Assembly (NCBI GenBank): GCA_963779065.1
Contig: CAVZWQ010000003.1
Location: 1,675,502-1,739,501 of the forward strand
DNA from: an uncultured Solirubrobacteraceae bacterium
GTDB taxonomy: Bacteria > Actinomycetota > Thermoleophilia > Solirubrobacterales > Solirubrobacteraceae
DNA: 64,000 nucleotides
Reading direction: 5' to 3'
The notes under the pieces: model-generated
Database searches by the model: none
What the model was told of the DNA's origin: nothing
What the model saw: the letters and a program-made list of their open reading frames with translations, nothing else
Program-made: the position numbers and the translations under genes
Part shown: one piece after another, positions 54,494-63,528 of the stretch
How the letters are laid out: every line of letters begins with the position of its first letter
Position numbering within the stretch: the stretch's first letter is position 1

Positions 54494-54726
54494 CGTGCGC
54501 CCGGCCGGCTCGACGCGCGCGGCGCGCGAAACCGATCGCGTTATAGTCGGTCGTGAGTCCGGTGAGCCGAGCCCTTCTCGCTTTCCGGGCAAGATTTCTT
54601 CGTTCAGAAGGGCAGAGAGGCGGTCGGGGATGGCCACCGTGAACGAGAAGGCGCGCGTCGCGACCGCGCGGGACGCCGCTGGCGGACCGGCCCAGGAGGC
54701 GGAACCCGAGCGCGCCGCGACTGCCA

Positions 54727-55017
54727 ATGGCTAGCGGCCATCTCATCTGCCCGTGCTGCCGCATCCGCGTGCTGGCGACGGCTTCGGCGATCGACCTTCT
54801 GGAGGCTCGATGCCCGATCTGCGAGATCGAGCTGACCTCCGTCCCGGGCGCGTCGAGCGCGATCGGATTCCGCTTGTTCGACCTGGACCCCCTCGCCGAC
54901 CCGGAGCCCCAAGGGCTGCGAGACGCCGGGGCATCGCCGGTGGATCTTCCGTCGTGGCGTGCGCCCGCTTCGGCGCCGGCGGCTCGCTCCGCCCGTCCGT
55001 CACCGCGGCCGTTGTGA
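54727..55017 (+). CDS. Small putative zinc-ribbon protein
   Basis: CPCC...CPIC pair; GTGA overlap with the next gene. Confidence 0.55.
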   Translation: MASGHLICPCCRIRVLATASAIDLLEARCPICEIELTSVPGASSAIGFRLFDLDPLADPEPQGLRDAGASPVDLPSWRAPASAPAARSARPSPRPL

Positions 55018-55262
55018 GCACGTCGCATCGCATCGAGGAGATGCGCTCCGAGGCCCGCTACGCGCGAGAGCGCTACGACCTCTACCGCGCGAAGATGTAC
55101 GGCATGCGCCCCACGTCCGCCTCGCGGCTCAGAGAGCTCGAGCGCATCCACCAGGGCGCGGAGGCCCGCCTGAGGCGCGCCGAGCAGGAGGAGCTCTCGC
55201 AGCGCCAGGCCGAAGTCGCAGGTGCCGGCGACGGACCGGCGGCCGCCGGTCCGTCCCTCTAG
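55014..55262 (+). CDS. Small helical hypothetical protein
   Basis: EARYARERYDLYRAK...RLRELER; strong high-GC codon pattern. Confidence 0.7.
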   Translation: MSTSHRIEEMRSEARYARERYDLYRAKMYGMRPTSASRLRELERIHQGAEARLRRAEQEELSQRQAEVAGAGDGPAAAGPSL

Positions 55263-55349
55263 GACGTTCCCGGCACGGGCGCTGCCCGGCGCCCGCACGA
55301 GATCCCCGCGCGGGCAACCCCGCGAGCCGAGAGCGCTAACGTCTGAGGT

Positions 55350-55595
55350 GTGCCCGGAGAGAACACCGAGAACGCGGGTGAGGGCCCGAAGCAGGACCGC
55401 ACCCGGAGTTCCGAGCGGCCTGCGGAAGATGGACGCGATCCCCGCGCCAAGGAGGCCGCCCTGCAGCGGCTGCACTCCGCCTCAGACGACGTTCTCGCCG
55501 TGTTCGAGCAGAACCTGCGCGAAGACGCGACTGCGGCGGGCGCGAGCGAGCAGGAGATCAGAGAGGCGCAGGCGAAGCATCCCGAGCACCCGTGA
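55350..55595 (+). CDS. Small hypothetical protein
   Basis: ORF with acidic helical C-terminal half and coding-like codons. Confidence 0.55.
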   Translation: MPGENTENAGEGPKQDRTRSSERPAEDGRDPRAKEAALQRLHSASDDVLAVFEQNLREDATAAGASEQEIREAQAKHPEHP

Positions 55596-55644
55596 GGAGC
55601 GGCGCCGCGGCGGCGCCCCCGATCGGCGCCGGGTCGCGCTCCGC

Positions 55645-55860
55645 TCAGTCCTCGGGTCCTGCCGGTTCGCCCGCCGCGAGGACCGCGTCGTCGCTCGCCG
55701 CCGGATCCAGATCGGGATCTGACTCCACGGGGAGATCCGGGTTCTGGGCGGCCAGCTTGCGGGCGTCCTTCTTGGCCTTCTTGAGCTCCCGTTTCTCACG
55801 AAGCCGGTTCTCACGATCGCGCTTTGCCATCGTCGTCTTCTGCTTGCTGCTCGAAGCCAT
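55645..55860 (-). CDS. Small basic-then-acidic hypothetical protein
   Basis: GAGG RBS; MASSSKQKTTMAKRDRENRLREKRELK. Confidence 0.7.
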   Translation of the reverse strand: MASSSKQKTTMAKRDRENRLREKRELKKAKKDARKLAAQNPDLPVESDPDLDPAASDDAVLAAGEPAGPED

Positions 55861-55989
55861 GTCGATCCGTCCTCTCGTCAGAGAAGCGGGTCCGCCTTGA
55901 TCGCGGCCGAGGCGCCGGCCTCCCGCGGGGCGTGTTCGCATCTCCCCGCTGGGCTGGGCACGTCGGCCGCGATGATCAGGGCCGAAGCG

Positions 55990-56193
55990 CTAGGTCAGTG
56001 TGACGTTCGCGGCCTTGGGTCCCTTGTCGCCCGGTTCGGCGTCATAAGAGACCTTCGCGCCTTCGGGAAGCGAGCGATAACCCTCGCCCACGATTGCGCT
56101 GTGGTGAACGAAGAGGTCTGACGACTGGTCGTCGGGCGTGATGAACCCGAAGCCCTTGTCGTCGCTGAACCACTTCACTGTTCCGGTAGCCAT
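55990..56193 (-). CDS. cspA: Cold-shock protein
   Basis: [15 protein letters not shown] (RNP1), LFVH (RNP2); GGAGG RBS. Confidence 0.97.
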   Translation of the reverse strand: MATGTVKWFSDDKGFGFITPDDQSSDLFVHHSAIVGEGYRSLPEGAKVSYDAEPGDKGPKAANVTLT

Positions 56194-56481
56194 GTCTGTT
56201 CTCCTCCGGCTGGATAGTGCTGCGCCTTGCGGAGCATCCGATCGAAGGCTACGAGCGCTGGCACTGCTGTGTTGGACAGAATGCCCAACCTGATCCCTGA
56301 ACGGTACCAGCCGCGCCCGGCCGGCAGGCGCCGGCTGCTGCGCCTGCAAGCCTCCGCTCACCCGCGCGCCGCCCGGGCGCGCCGCGCGACACCCGCTACC
56401 CTCAAGTGACTACTCGCGTCGCTCATCAGCCGGCATTTCGGCGTCTTGCGCCCGTGAGCACACGCGATCAGGAGCGATGAC

Positions 56482-56661
56482 ATGCCGGGACCGCAGCAGC
56501 TCCGCCAGCAGGAACGTCACGAACGCAAGCTCGAGGAGATCCGTGAGCAGGTCGCTCAGGGCAAGCTCGTGATCAGGCAGATGACGGCCGCCGAGCGCAA
56601 GCGCTACCCGCCACAGACGCGCGCCGGCACTCGGCGTGGCGGCGGGTCGAAGCGTCGCTAG
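56482..56661 (+). CDS. Small basic hypothetical protein (59 aa, absent from the ORF track)
   Basis: AGGAG RBS; MPGPQQLRQQERHERKLEEIREQVAQGKLVIRQMTAAERKRYPP...KRR-stop. Confidence 0.7.
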   Translation: MPGPQQLRQQERHERKLEEIREQVAQGKLVIRQMTAAERKRYPPQTRAGTRRGGGSKRR

Positions 56662-56671
56662 CCGGCTTCTG

Positions 56672-56974
56672 ATGCCGGAAGTGACCACGCCCCCTGCCGA
56701 GCCCGCCTACGAGGAGCTGCGCGAGCAGGCGGAGGCCTGCACCGGCGAGGTGTCCAGCGGGCGCAGGATCCAGGAGATCGAATGCCGCTACGGCGGCGCG
56801 GATCACCGCATCCGCATCGGGGAGCCGGGCGCGGCCTCAGGGGCGGTCGTCGCGGCGATCTTCCAGCTCGGCCGCAACACGTTCACGATCCACCACGCCC
56901 AGCCCGGAGGGCTGCCCGACACCCCTGTGGTGCTGAACAAGAGGGACGTCTACTCGGTGGCCGAGTTCGAGTGA
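56672..56974 (+). CDS. Hypothetical protein
   Basis: Coding-like ORF starting 10 nt after the previous stop; ends VYSVAEFE. Confidence 0.7.
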   Translation: MPEVTTPPAEPAYEELREQAEACTGEVSSGRRIQEIECRYGGADHRIRIGEPGAASGAVVAAIFQLGRNTFTIHHAQPGGLPDTPVVLNKRDVYSVAEFE

Positions 56975-56990
56975 TCCGCGCCGTGCGCAG

Positions 56991-57347
56991 TCAGATGGCG
57001 AACCACACGCTGGTACCGGCCTGGCGCTCCACACCCCAGCGCCTGGATTCGCGATCGACGATCCGCAGGCCGTAGCCGCCGGCCTGGCCGCGCGGCGGGC
57101 CCATCCGCGGCAGCGATCCGCCGCCGCCGTCGGTGACCCTGACGAGGATCTCGCACTCGTCGATGCTCGCCGCCAGGTTGATCGGCTCCTCCGCGCGTGC
57201 TTCCGCATGCCGCACCGCATTCGTGACGACCTCTGAGACGAGGAGCTCGAGCGCGTCGCGCCGGAACGTCTCCATCAGCATGTGCTCCGACCAGTCTCGG
57301 ATGGCGGCCCGGGCGCGACCCGGCGCGCCGGCGTCGGAGTCCAGCAT
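56991..57347 (-). CDS. HATPase_c ATP-binding protein (RsbW-like anti-sigma factor/kinase)
   Basis: ARAA..., LLVSEVVTNAVRH, V.VTD.G, GGYGL.IV....RWG, VWF. The start may lie further upstream. Confidence 0.85.
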   Translation of the reverse strand: MLDSDAGAPGRARAAIRDWSEHMLMETFRRDALELLVSEVVTNAVRHAEARAEEPINLAASIDECEILVRVTDGGGGSLPRMGPPRGQAGGYGLRIVDRESRRWGVERQAGTSVWFAI

Positions 57348-57596
57348 CAGCTGCAGGCCGGCCGCGCCGAGGTCGCGACGCTCGCCGGGCGGAGGGAGGT
57401 CAGGGGCGATGAGAGGCTCCCTGGCTTGGCATCTCGTGCCTTCCTGCGAACGGGCTGCGGACGGGCCGGGTGCGATGCGGCCCGTGCTGCCGGACGCTGC
57501 GGTGATCGCGGGCTTCCGCATCGAGCGGAACTCGCCTTCGAAGGACATTACCCACTTTCAGGGGGTTCGCGCGCATGGCTGCGAGACCGGCAGGAC

Positions 57597-57630
57597 AAAC
57601 CCCGACCCAGCGTCCTTCGGGTCGGGGTTT
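57597..57630. terminator. Intrinsic terminator downstream of tRNA-Ser(GCT)
   Basis: aaaccccgaccc-N10-gggtcggggttt inverted repeat. Confidence 0.75.
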
Positions 57631-57643
57631 GCGCGTCGAGCGA

Positions 57644-57735
57644 TGGCGGAGAGGGCGGGATTCGAACCCGCGATGGAGTTTGATCCCCATACTCGCTTAG
57701 CAGGCGAGTGCCTTCAGCCACTCGGCCACCTCTCC
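57644..57735 (-). tRNA. tRNA-Ser (GCT)
   Basis: GGAGAGG/CCTCTCC stem, anticodon arm CTCGC-CTGCTAA-GCGAG, long variable arm, GGTTCGAATCC, encoded CCA. Confidence 0.97.
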
Positions 57736-57787
57736 CGAGGGTGAGATGCCAGTTTAGAGGCTGCGGCAGCGCCCGTCGCGAGCCCCT

Positions 57788-58443
57788 TCAGGAGCTCGCC
57801 GCCGCGCCCGCCGGGCGCAGGCGGCCGAGCACGCGCTCCTCGCCCTCGACGCGCAGACCGCGCCGCCGGGCCTCGGCGACGTCGATCTCGCCGCTCAGGA
57901 GTCCGAGGATGGCGTGCGGCGAGCCGCGTCAGGACGGCGTCGGCGCTCTCGCCCGGCGCAGCGGGCCGCGCGTGCACAGCGCCCTCCGACGGCTTCGACC
58001 ACGACGGGGTCCTCGCCGCCCCGCAGCTCGATGGAGACGGGGGGCGCGCCGGGTTCGCCGTCGACGAGGAAGCGCTCCGCCGGCCAGGCGAGCCAGCGCC
58101 CGCGGAACGCATCCTCCGGCGCCGGGCCCTCGACCATGTAGGGGACGCCCCAGCTGCCCAGCTCGTCGAGCACCGGCCGCAGCGCCTCCCCCCGCTCGGT
58201 CAGCGAGAACAGCGTCGTCGCGACCGGCGGCGGCGCCTGCTCGCGCGCGACCACGCCCGCCGCCTCGAGCTCGCGCAGGCGCTCGGAGAGCAGGTTCGTC
58301 GCGATCCCGGGCAGGCCGTTGCGCAGGTCGGTGTAGCGGCTGGGCCCTCCGAGCATCAGCTCGCGCACGATCAGCAGCGTCCAGCGGTCGCCGAGCACGT
58401 CGAGCGCCTTGGCGAGCGCGCAGTACTGGCGGTAGGAGCGCAT
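57788..58443 (-). CDS. HxlR-family winged-helix regulator with a C-terminal SCP2-like domain, frameshifted
   Basis: Y.QYC.LA.ALD.LGDRWTLLIVREL, LPGI.TN.L..RL, LT.RG. Confidence 0.9.
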
Positions 58444-58462
58444 GCGTCGAGTCTACCGCATG

Positions 58463-58497
58463 CTTGATCAACTTGTGCTAAGACTTGATTTTCTTGT
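58463..58497. promoter_or_regulatory. Candidate operator between the divergent regulator and MFS genes
   Basis: CTTGAT-N3-CTTGT twice with a 21-bp period in an AT-rich intergenic tract. Confidence 0.5.
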
Positions 58498-58525
58498 CTT
58501 CATGTTTGAGAAAGAGGTGTTGCGT

Positions 58526-60102
58526 GTGCGAAACCGAGCCCTGATCCTCCCGGCGCTGCTGCTGGCGGCCTTCGCGATCAACCTCGACACGACGATCGTC
58601 AACGTCGCGCTGCCGACGCTGGTGCGCGAGCTGCACTCCTCCAACAGCCAGCTCCAGTGGATCGTCGACGCCTACAACCTCGTCTTCGCCGCGTTCCTGC
58701 TCATCGCCGGATCCCTCTCCGACCGCTTCGGGCGCAAGGGCATGCTGCTCGGCGGGCTCGCCGTGTTCGGCACGGCCAGCGTCGCAGGCGGGCTGATGAC
58801 GAGCTCCGGCGGGCTGATCGCCGCGCGCGCCGTGATGGGTCTCGGCGCCGCGATGGTGTTCCCGGCCACGCTGTCGCTGATCTCCAACATCTTCGTCGAG
58901 CGCCGCGAGCGGGCGCGCGCGATCGGGCTCTGGGGCGCGACCGCGGGGATCGCGATCGCGCTCGGCCCGATCGCGGGCGGCTGGCTGCTCGAGCGCTTCT
59001 CCTGGTCGAGCATCTTCTTCGCGATGACGCCGGTGGCGGCGCTGGCGGCGCTGTTCGTCTGCGCGCGCGGTGCCCACCTCGCGCGACGAGAGCGCGCCCA
59101 GGCTCGACCGCCCGGGGTTCCTGCTCTCGAGCACCGCGATGGCTGCGCTGATCTACACGATCATCGAGGCCCCGCTCCACGGCTGGTCGAGCGCGCGCAC
59201 CCTCGGCGGGCTTCGCCGTCGCCGCCTTGCTGCTCGCGGGGTTCGTCATGCGCGAGCGCCACACCGACGAGCCGATGCTCGACGTGCGCCTGTTCGCGAA
59301 CCCGCGCTTCACGGCCGCCAGCGGCTCGGTGACCGTCGCCTTCTTCTCGCTGTTCGGGTTCATCTTCCTGATGACCCAGTACTTCCAGTTCATCAAGAAC
59401 TACGGCCCGCTCTCGACCGGGGTGCACCTGCTTCCGGTCGCGACCTCCGTGGGGATCGCCTCGGTGCTCGGCACGCGCCTGGCCGTGCGCTTCGGGACGA
59501 AGCTCGTCGTCGCGGCGGGCCTCGTGATGGTCGCCGCGTTCTACGCCTGGGTCGCCGCGACCGTCGCTCCCGGCACCCGCTACGCGACGATCGCCGCGCA
59601 GATGGTGCTCTACGGCGTGGGCATGGGCCTGACGAGCGCGCCGGCGACCGAGGCGATCATGGGCGTCGTGCCGCGCGCGAAGGCCGGCGTCGGCTCGGCG
59701 GTCAACGACACCACGCGGCTGCTCGGCGGCACGCTGGGGGTCGCGATCATCGGCAGCGTCTACGCCTCGCTCTACTCGAGCCGGCTGACCGAGCACCTGC
59801 CGGCTCGCGTCCCCGCGGGGCTGGCGGCGCTCGCCCACAACTCGGTCGGCGCGGCGCTCGGCGTGGCCCGCGGCCTCACGGCGACGGGCCATGTCGCGCT
59901 CGGAGGCGGCGTCGCCCGCGCCGCCTCCGGCGCGTTCATCGACGGCCTCTCGCTCGGCTGCGTGGTCGCCGGCGGCGTCGCCGCGCTCGGCGCCCTGATG
60001 GCCGCGCTGCTGCTCCCCGCCTTCCCGTCCGCATCGGCCGAGCAGTCCGAGGCCGCGCCGGCGCGCGCGCCCGCGGCGCTGGCCGCGGCGGGCGGGGAGT
60101 GA
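58526..60102 (+). CDS. MFS drug:H+ antiporter (DHA2, EmrB/QacA-like), frameshifted
   Basis: LDTTIVNVALP, WIVDAY, G.LSDRFGRK, GP..GG, PMLDVRLF, R.LGGTLG.A. Confidence 0.93.
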
Positions 60103-60228
60103 GCGATCGCCCGTTCGTACGTTGACGGCGCCTGCCGCAGATGCGAAACTCGCCGCTCGCGTTCGGGGTGTCGGGCCCCGGGCGGGCGTAGAGAGAGACG
60201 GGGCGCCCGGCGCCCACGGAGGGGTCGA

Positions 60229-62244
60229 ATGCGAGTCATGGAGGATGGGCGACGCGTGGTCCGCACACTCGCGGGCATGCTCGTGGCGCTCGCTCTGGCC
60301 CTCGCTGCGCAGAGCGCCCAGGCCGCCATACCGCAGTTCGAAGCGCGCACGCTGAACGACTGGGGCAACAACCTCGCCCATCCCGAATGGGGCTCGGCCG
60401 GCAGCGAGTACGTGCGCCTCGCCCCCGCTCGCTACGCCGACGGCAGCGGGGCGATGGTCGCCGGGCCGAACGCCCGCTACGTCAGCAACCGGATCTTCAA
60501 CTCCGGCGGCCAGGAACTCTTCTCCGAACACAACGTCAGCCAGTGGCTGTGGGTGTGGGGGCAGTTCGTCGACCACACGGTCGGGCACGCGGAGTCCGGA
60601 AGCGAAGAAGCGCCGATCGCCTTCGACGCCGAAGACCCGCTCGAGTCCTTCAGCGACACGCTCGGCCAGATCCCGTTCGCGCGCGATGCAGTCGCGCCGG
60701 GCACCGGCACGGGCCCGTCGAACCCCCGCCAGCAGGTCAACGGCGCGAGCTCGTTCATCGACGCCGCGGCGCTCTACGGCAACAGCCCCTCGCGTCTGGA
60801 ATGGCTGCGGGCCGGGCCGGACAACGGGAACCCGGCCAAGCAGCACGCGCGTCTGCTGCTGCCAGACCGCTACCTCCCGCTCGCGAGCGCGCGCGGCAAC
60901 GCGGCCACAGCGCCGCCGATGGAAACCGAAGGCGCGCTCGCAGCGCACCCGCAAGACGCCGTCGAGACCGGTGACGTGCGCGCCAACGAGAACATCGAGC
61001 TCACTTCCGTGACGACCCTGTTCGCCCGCGAGCACAATCGCATCGTCGCGAAACTGCCCTCGACGCTGACGAACGAACAGCGCTTTCAGATCGCGCGCCG
61101 CGTCGTCGGAGCGGAGGAGCAGTACATCACCTACAACGAATTCCTCCCGGCGGCCGGAGTCACGCTCAGCCCGTACAAAGGCTATGACCCGTCGGTCGAT
61201 CCGGAGCTGAGCGACGAATTCGCGACGGTCGGCTACCGCGCGCACTCGATGGTGAACAGCGAGCTGCGGGCCCACGTACCCAGCCGCGAGTTCTCGCCGG
61301 CGCGCATCCAGGCCCTCGAAGCGATGGGCGTGCAGGTCGGCCCCGGCCGCCGCAACCAGCTCGAACTCGCGATTCCCCAGGGCGCCGCCTTCTTCGACCC
61401 GCAGATCGTGCCCGCTGTCGGTCTCAAGCCGATCCTCGAAGGCCTGGGCGAAGAACCGAGCTACCGCAACGACGAGCAGATCGACAACTCGCTGCGCAGC
61501 GTCCTGTTCGGGGTCCCGGGTCCTGGCGCGGACCCGGCCACCTGCTACGCCGAACCAGCCACGCCGGGATGCTTCAGCGGCGTCGTGGACCTGGGCGCGA
61601 TCGACATGCAGCGCAGCCGCGACACCGGCATGCCGAGCTACAACCAGATGCGCGAAGCGCTCGGCCTCGCGCCGCAGACCACGTTCGACGAAGTGACCGG
61701 CGAGAACAGCGAAGAACTGCCGGCCGGGGAGAGCATCAACGACCCGCACATCCTCGAATTCACCTCGCTGCGCAACCTCGGCGGCGAAACGATCGCGCCC
61801 GGCTCCTCCGAACGCGCCGTCTCCGGCAGCCGGCGCTCCACGCTGGCGTCCCGGCTGAAGGCGATCTACGGCTCGGTCGACAACCTCGACGCGTTCGTCG
61901 GCATGCTCTCCGAGCCCCATCTCCCCGGCAGCGAACTCGGCGAACTGCAGCAGGCGCTCTGGCGCAAGCAGTTCGAAGCGCTGCGCGACGGCGACCGCTT
62001 CTTCTACGCGAACGATCCGGTGCTGGCCGAAATCGAAGCCGAGTACCACATCACCTACCGGAACTCGCTCTCCCAGCTCCTCTCGCTCGACGCGGGCGCC
62101 TACCCCGGGCGCATCGCGGCCGACGTGTTCTACGCGCAGGCCCGCAGCTCCAAGCGCGCCGCGCGGCGGGCGGCGCAGGCCGAAATGCGGGCGGCACGGC
62201 GAGCTTCGCGCGCGCCGCGCCGCGCCGCCCGCGCGCGCGGCTGA
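60229..62244 (+). CDS. Secreted animal-type heme peroxidase (peroxidase-cyclooxygenase superfamily)
   Basis: Signal peptide; WGQFVDH, RQQVN..SSFID, GDVRANE, F.REHN, YRAHS, DL.AID.QR.RD.G.P.YN, LRDGDRFFY. Confidence 0.9.
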   Translation: MRVMEDGRRVVRTLAGMLVALALALAAQSAQAAIPQFEARTLNDWGNNLAHPEWGSAGSEYVRLAPARYADGSGAMVAGPNARYVSNRIFNSGGQELFSEHNVSQWLWVWGQFVDHTVGHAESGSEEAPIAFDAEDPLESFSDTLGQIPFARDAVAPGTGTGPSNPRQQVNGASSFIDAAALYGNSPSRLEWLRAGPDNGNPAKQHARLLLPDRYLPLASARGNAATAPPMETEGALAAHPQDAVETGDVRANENIELTSVTTLFAREHNRIVAKLPSTLTNEQRFQIARRVVGAEEQYITYNEFLPAAGVTLSPYKGYDPSVDPELSDEFATVGYRAHSMVNSELRAHVPSREFSPARIQALEAMGVQVGPGRRNQLELAIPQGAAFFDPQIVPAVGLKPILEGLGEEPSYRNDEQIDNSLRSVLFGVPGPGADPATCYAEPATPGCFSGVVDLGAIDMQRSRDTGMPSYNQMREALGLAPQTTFDEVTGENSEELPAGESINDPHILEFTSLRNLGGETIAPGSSERAVSGSRRSTLASRLKAIYGSVDNLDAFVGMLSEPHLPGSELGELQQALWRKQFEALRDGDRFFYANDPVLAEIEAEYHITYRNSLSQLLSLDAGAYPGRIAADVFYAQARSSKRAARRAAQAEMRAARRASRAPRRAARARG

Positions 62245-62275
62245 GGCCGCGCCGGCACCGCGTAGCATGGGGCGC

Positions 62276-62364
62276 GGAAGGGTGGCAGAGCGGTTGAATG
62301 CGGCGGTCTTGAAAACCGTTAGGCGGGGAAACCCGTCTCGGGGGTTCGAATCCCCCCCCTTCCG
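62276..62364 (+). tRNA. tRNA-Ser (TGA)
   Basis: GGAAGGG/CCCTTCC stem, anticodon arm GCGGT-CTTGAAA-ACCGT, long variable arm, GGTTCGAATCC. CCA is not encoded. Confidence 0.97.
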
Positions 62365-62490
62365 CTCGAGACGCGGGCACCGGGTGAGATCGCGCTGCGC
62401 CACCGCGCCGCGACCGAGCCGCGGGCGGTGAACGACCGCTCGGGGGCCGGGCACGGCAGCGACGCATCGCCAGGTGGGAGAATCCGGGAC

Positions 62491-63261
62491 ATGCCCGACG
62501 CCGACAGCAGCGCGTGGCAGAAGATCCTCCTCGAGGGTCACCGCTCGATGGTCGCCTCGCGTCACGTGTGGCGCTACGTGCCCTCGGCGCCCCGCTGCAA
62601 GGTCTGCTCGAGCCCCTTCGGCGGGGTGGGCGGCGCCGTCGTCACGAGGATCGGATGGGCCCCCTCGCGCAAGAACCCGAACCTGTGCGCGCGCTGCTGC
62701 GACCAGATGCCGCCGGGCGGCGCCGAGGTCGACGTCGCCGTGCTGTTCGCCGACGTCCGCGGCTCGACGAAGCTCGGCGAGCACTCGGGGGCCAGCGAGT
62801 TCGCCGGGCTGCTCAACCGCTTCTATGCGACGGCCACCGAGGTGATCCTCCGCCATGACGGCCTGATCGACAAGCTGATCGGCGACGAGGCGATGGCGCT
62901 GTTCATCCCGGGCGTCGCCGGCCCCGACTACCGCCGCCGCGCGCTGGCGGCGGCACGCGAGCTGCTGGAGGCCGTCGGCTACGGGAGCCCCGCCGGACCG
63001 TGGCTGCCGCTCGGCGTCGGGCTGAACGCGGGGCAGGCCTACGTCGGCAACGTCGGCACCGCCGTCGTCGACTTCACGGCGCTCGGCGACGCGGTGAACG
63101 TCGCCGCGCGGCTGCAGGGCAGCGCGAACGAGGGCCAGCTCGTCGTCAGCGCGGACCTGCTCGAGGACCTGGCGTCCGAGCTGCCGGGGGCGCGCCGGCA
63201 GGAGCTCGACGCGCGCGGGCGCGATGAGACGGTGCAGGCGCTCGTGGCCGACTTCGCCTGA
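62491..63261 (+). CDS. Class III adenylate/guanylate cyclase with an N-terminal Cys4 motif
   Basis: CKVC...CARC; VLFADVRGST, DKLIGDE.MALF, DFTALGDAVNVAARL. Confidence 0.92.
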   Translation: MPDADSSAWQKILLEGHRSMVASRHVWRYVPSAPRCKVCSSPFGGVGGAVVTRIGWAPSRKNPNLCARCCDQMPPGGAEVDVAVLFADVRGSTKLGEHSGASEFAGLLNRFYATATEVILRHDGLIDKLIGDEAMALFIPGVAGPDYRRRALAAARELLEAVGYGSPAGPWLPLGVGLNAGQAYVGNVGTAVVDFTALGDAVNVAARLQGSANEGQLVVSADLLEDLASELPGARRQELDARGRDETVQALVADFA

Positions 63262-63528
63262 GCGACCGGGATCCGACGCGCGCGGCCGCGGAAAGGCTCG
63301 GGACGGCTGCTCGTTGCCGGCTTCGCCTGACCGCGGCCGGCGCATCCCTCTCTGCTCGACACCGCCCGGGACAGGACACCGGGCGGCTCCCTCGTCGAGC
63401 CGCGGAAGATCGTGCGTCGGTTCGCGATCAGCAGGATCGCGCCGCAGGCGCACAGCGTCAATCCCACGGTCGTGGTAGCCGCTCCGGCGGGGAGGGCCAC
63501 CGCAGCGGGCGGCCCCCCACCCCACCCC

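Noticed and set aside
57644-62364. Mobile element bounded by two tRNA-Ser genes
   Set aside because: They are different, complete, divergently transcribed isoacceptors rather than an att duplication, and no mobility genes lie between them.
63280-63500. Possible short minus-strand membrane ORF between the cyclase and the sulfotransferase
   Set aside because: Only a short hydrophobic stretch, no recognisable family, and the ORF runs antisense into the cyclase.
59161-63525. 1454-aa minus-strand ORF, and similar long antisense ORFs at 3036-5333 and 36745-39015
   Set aside because: These are shadow ORFs opposite real high-GC genes. This one even crosses a tRNA, and none has recognisable motifs.
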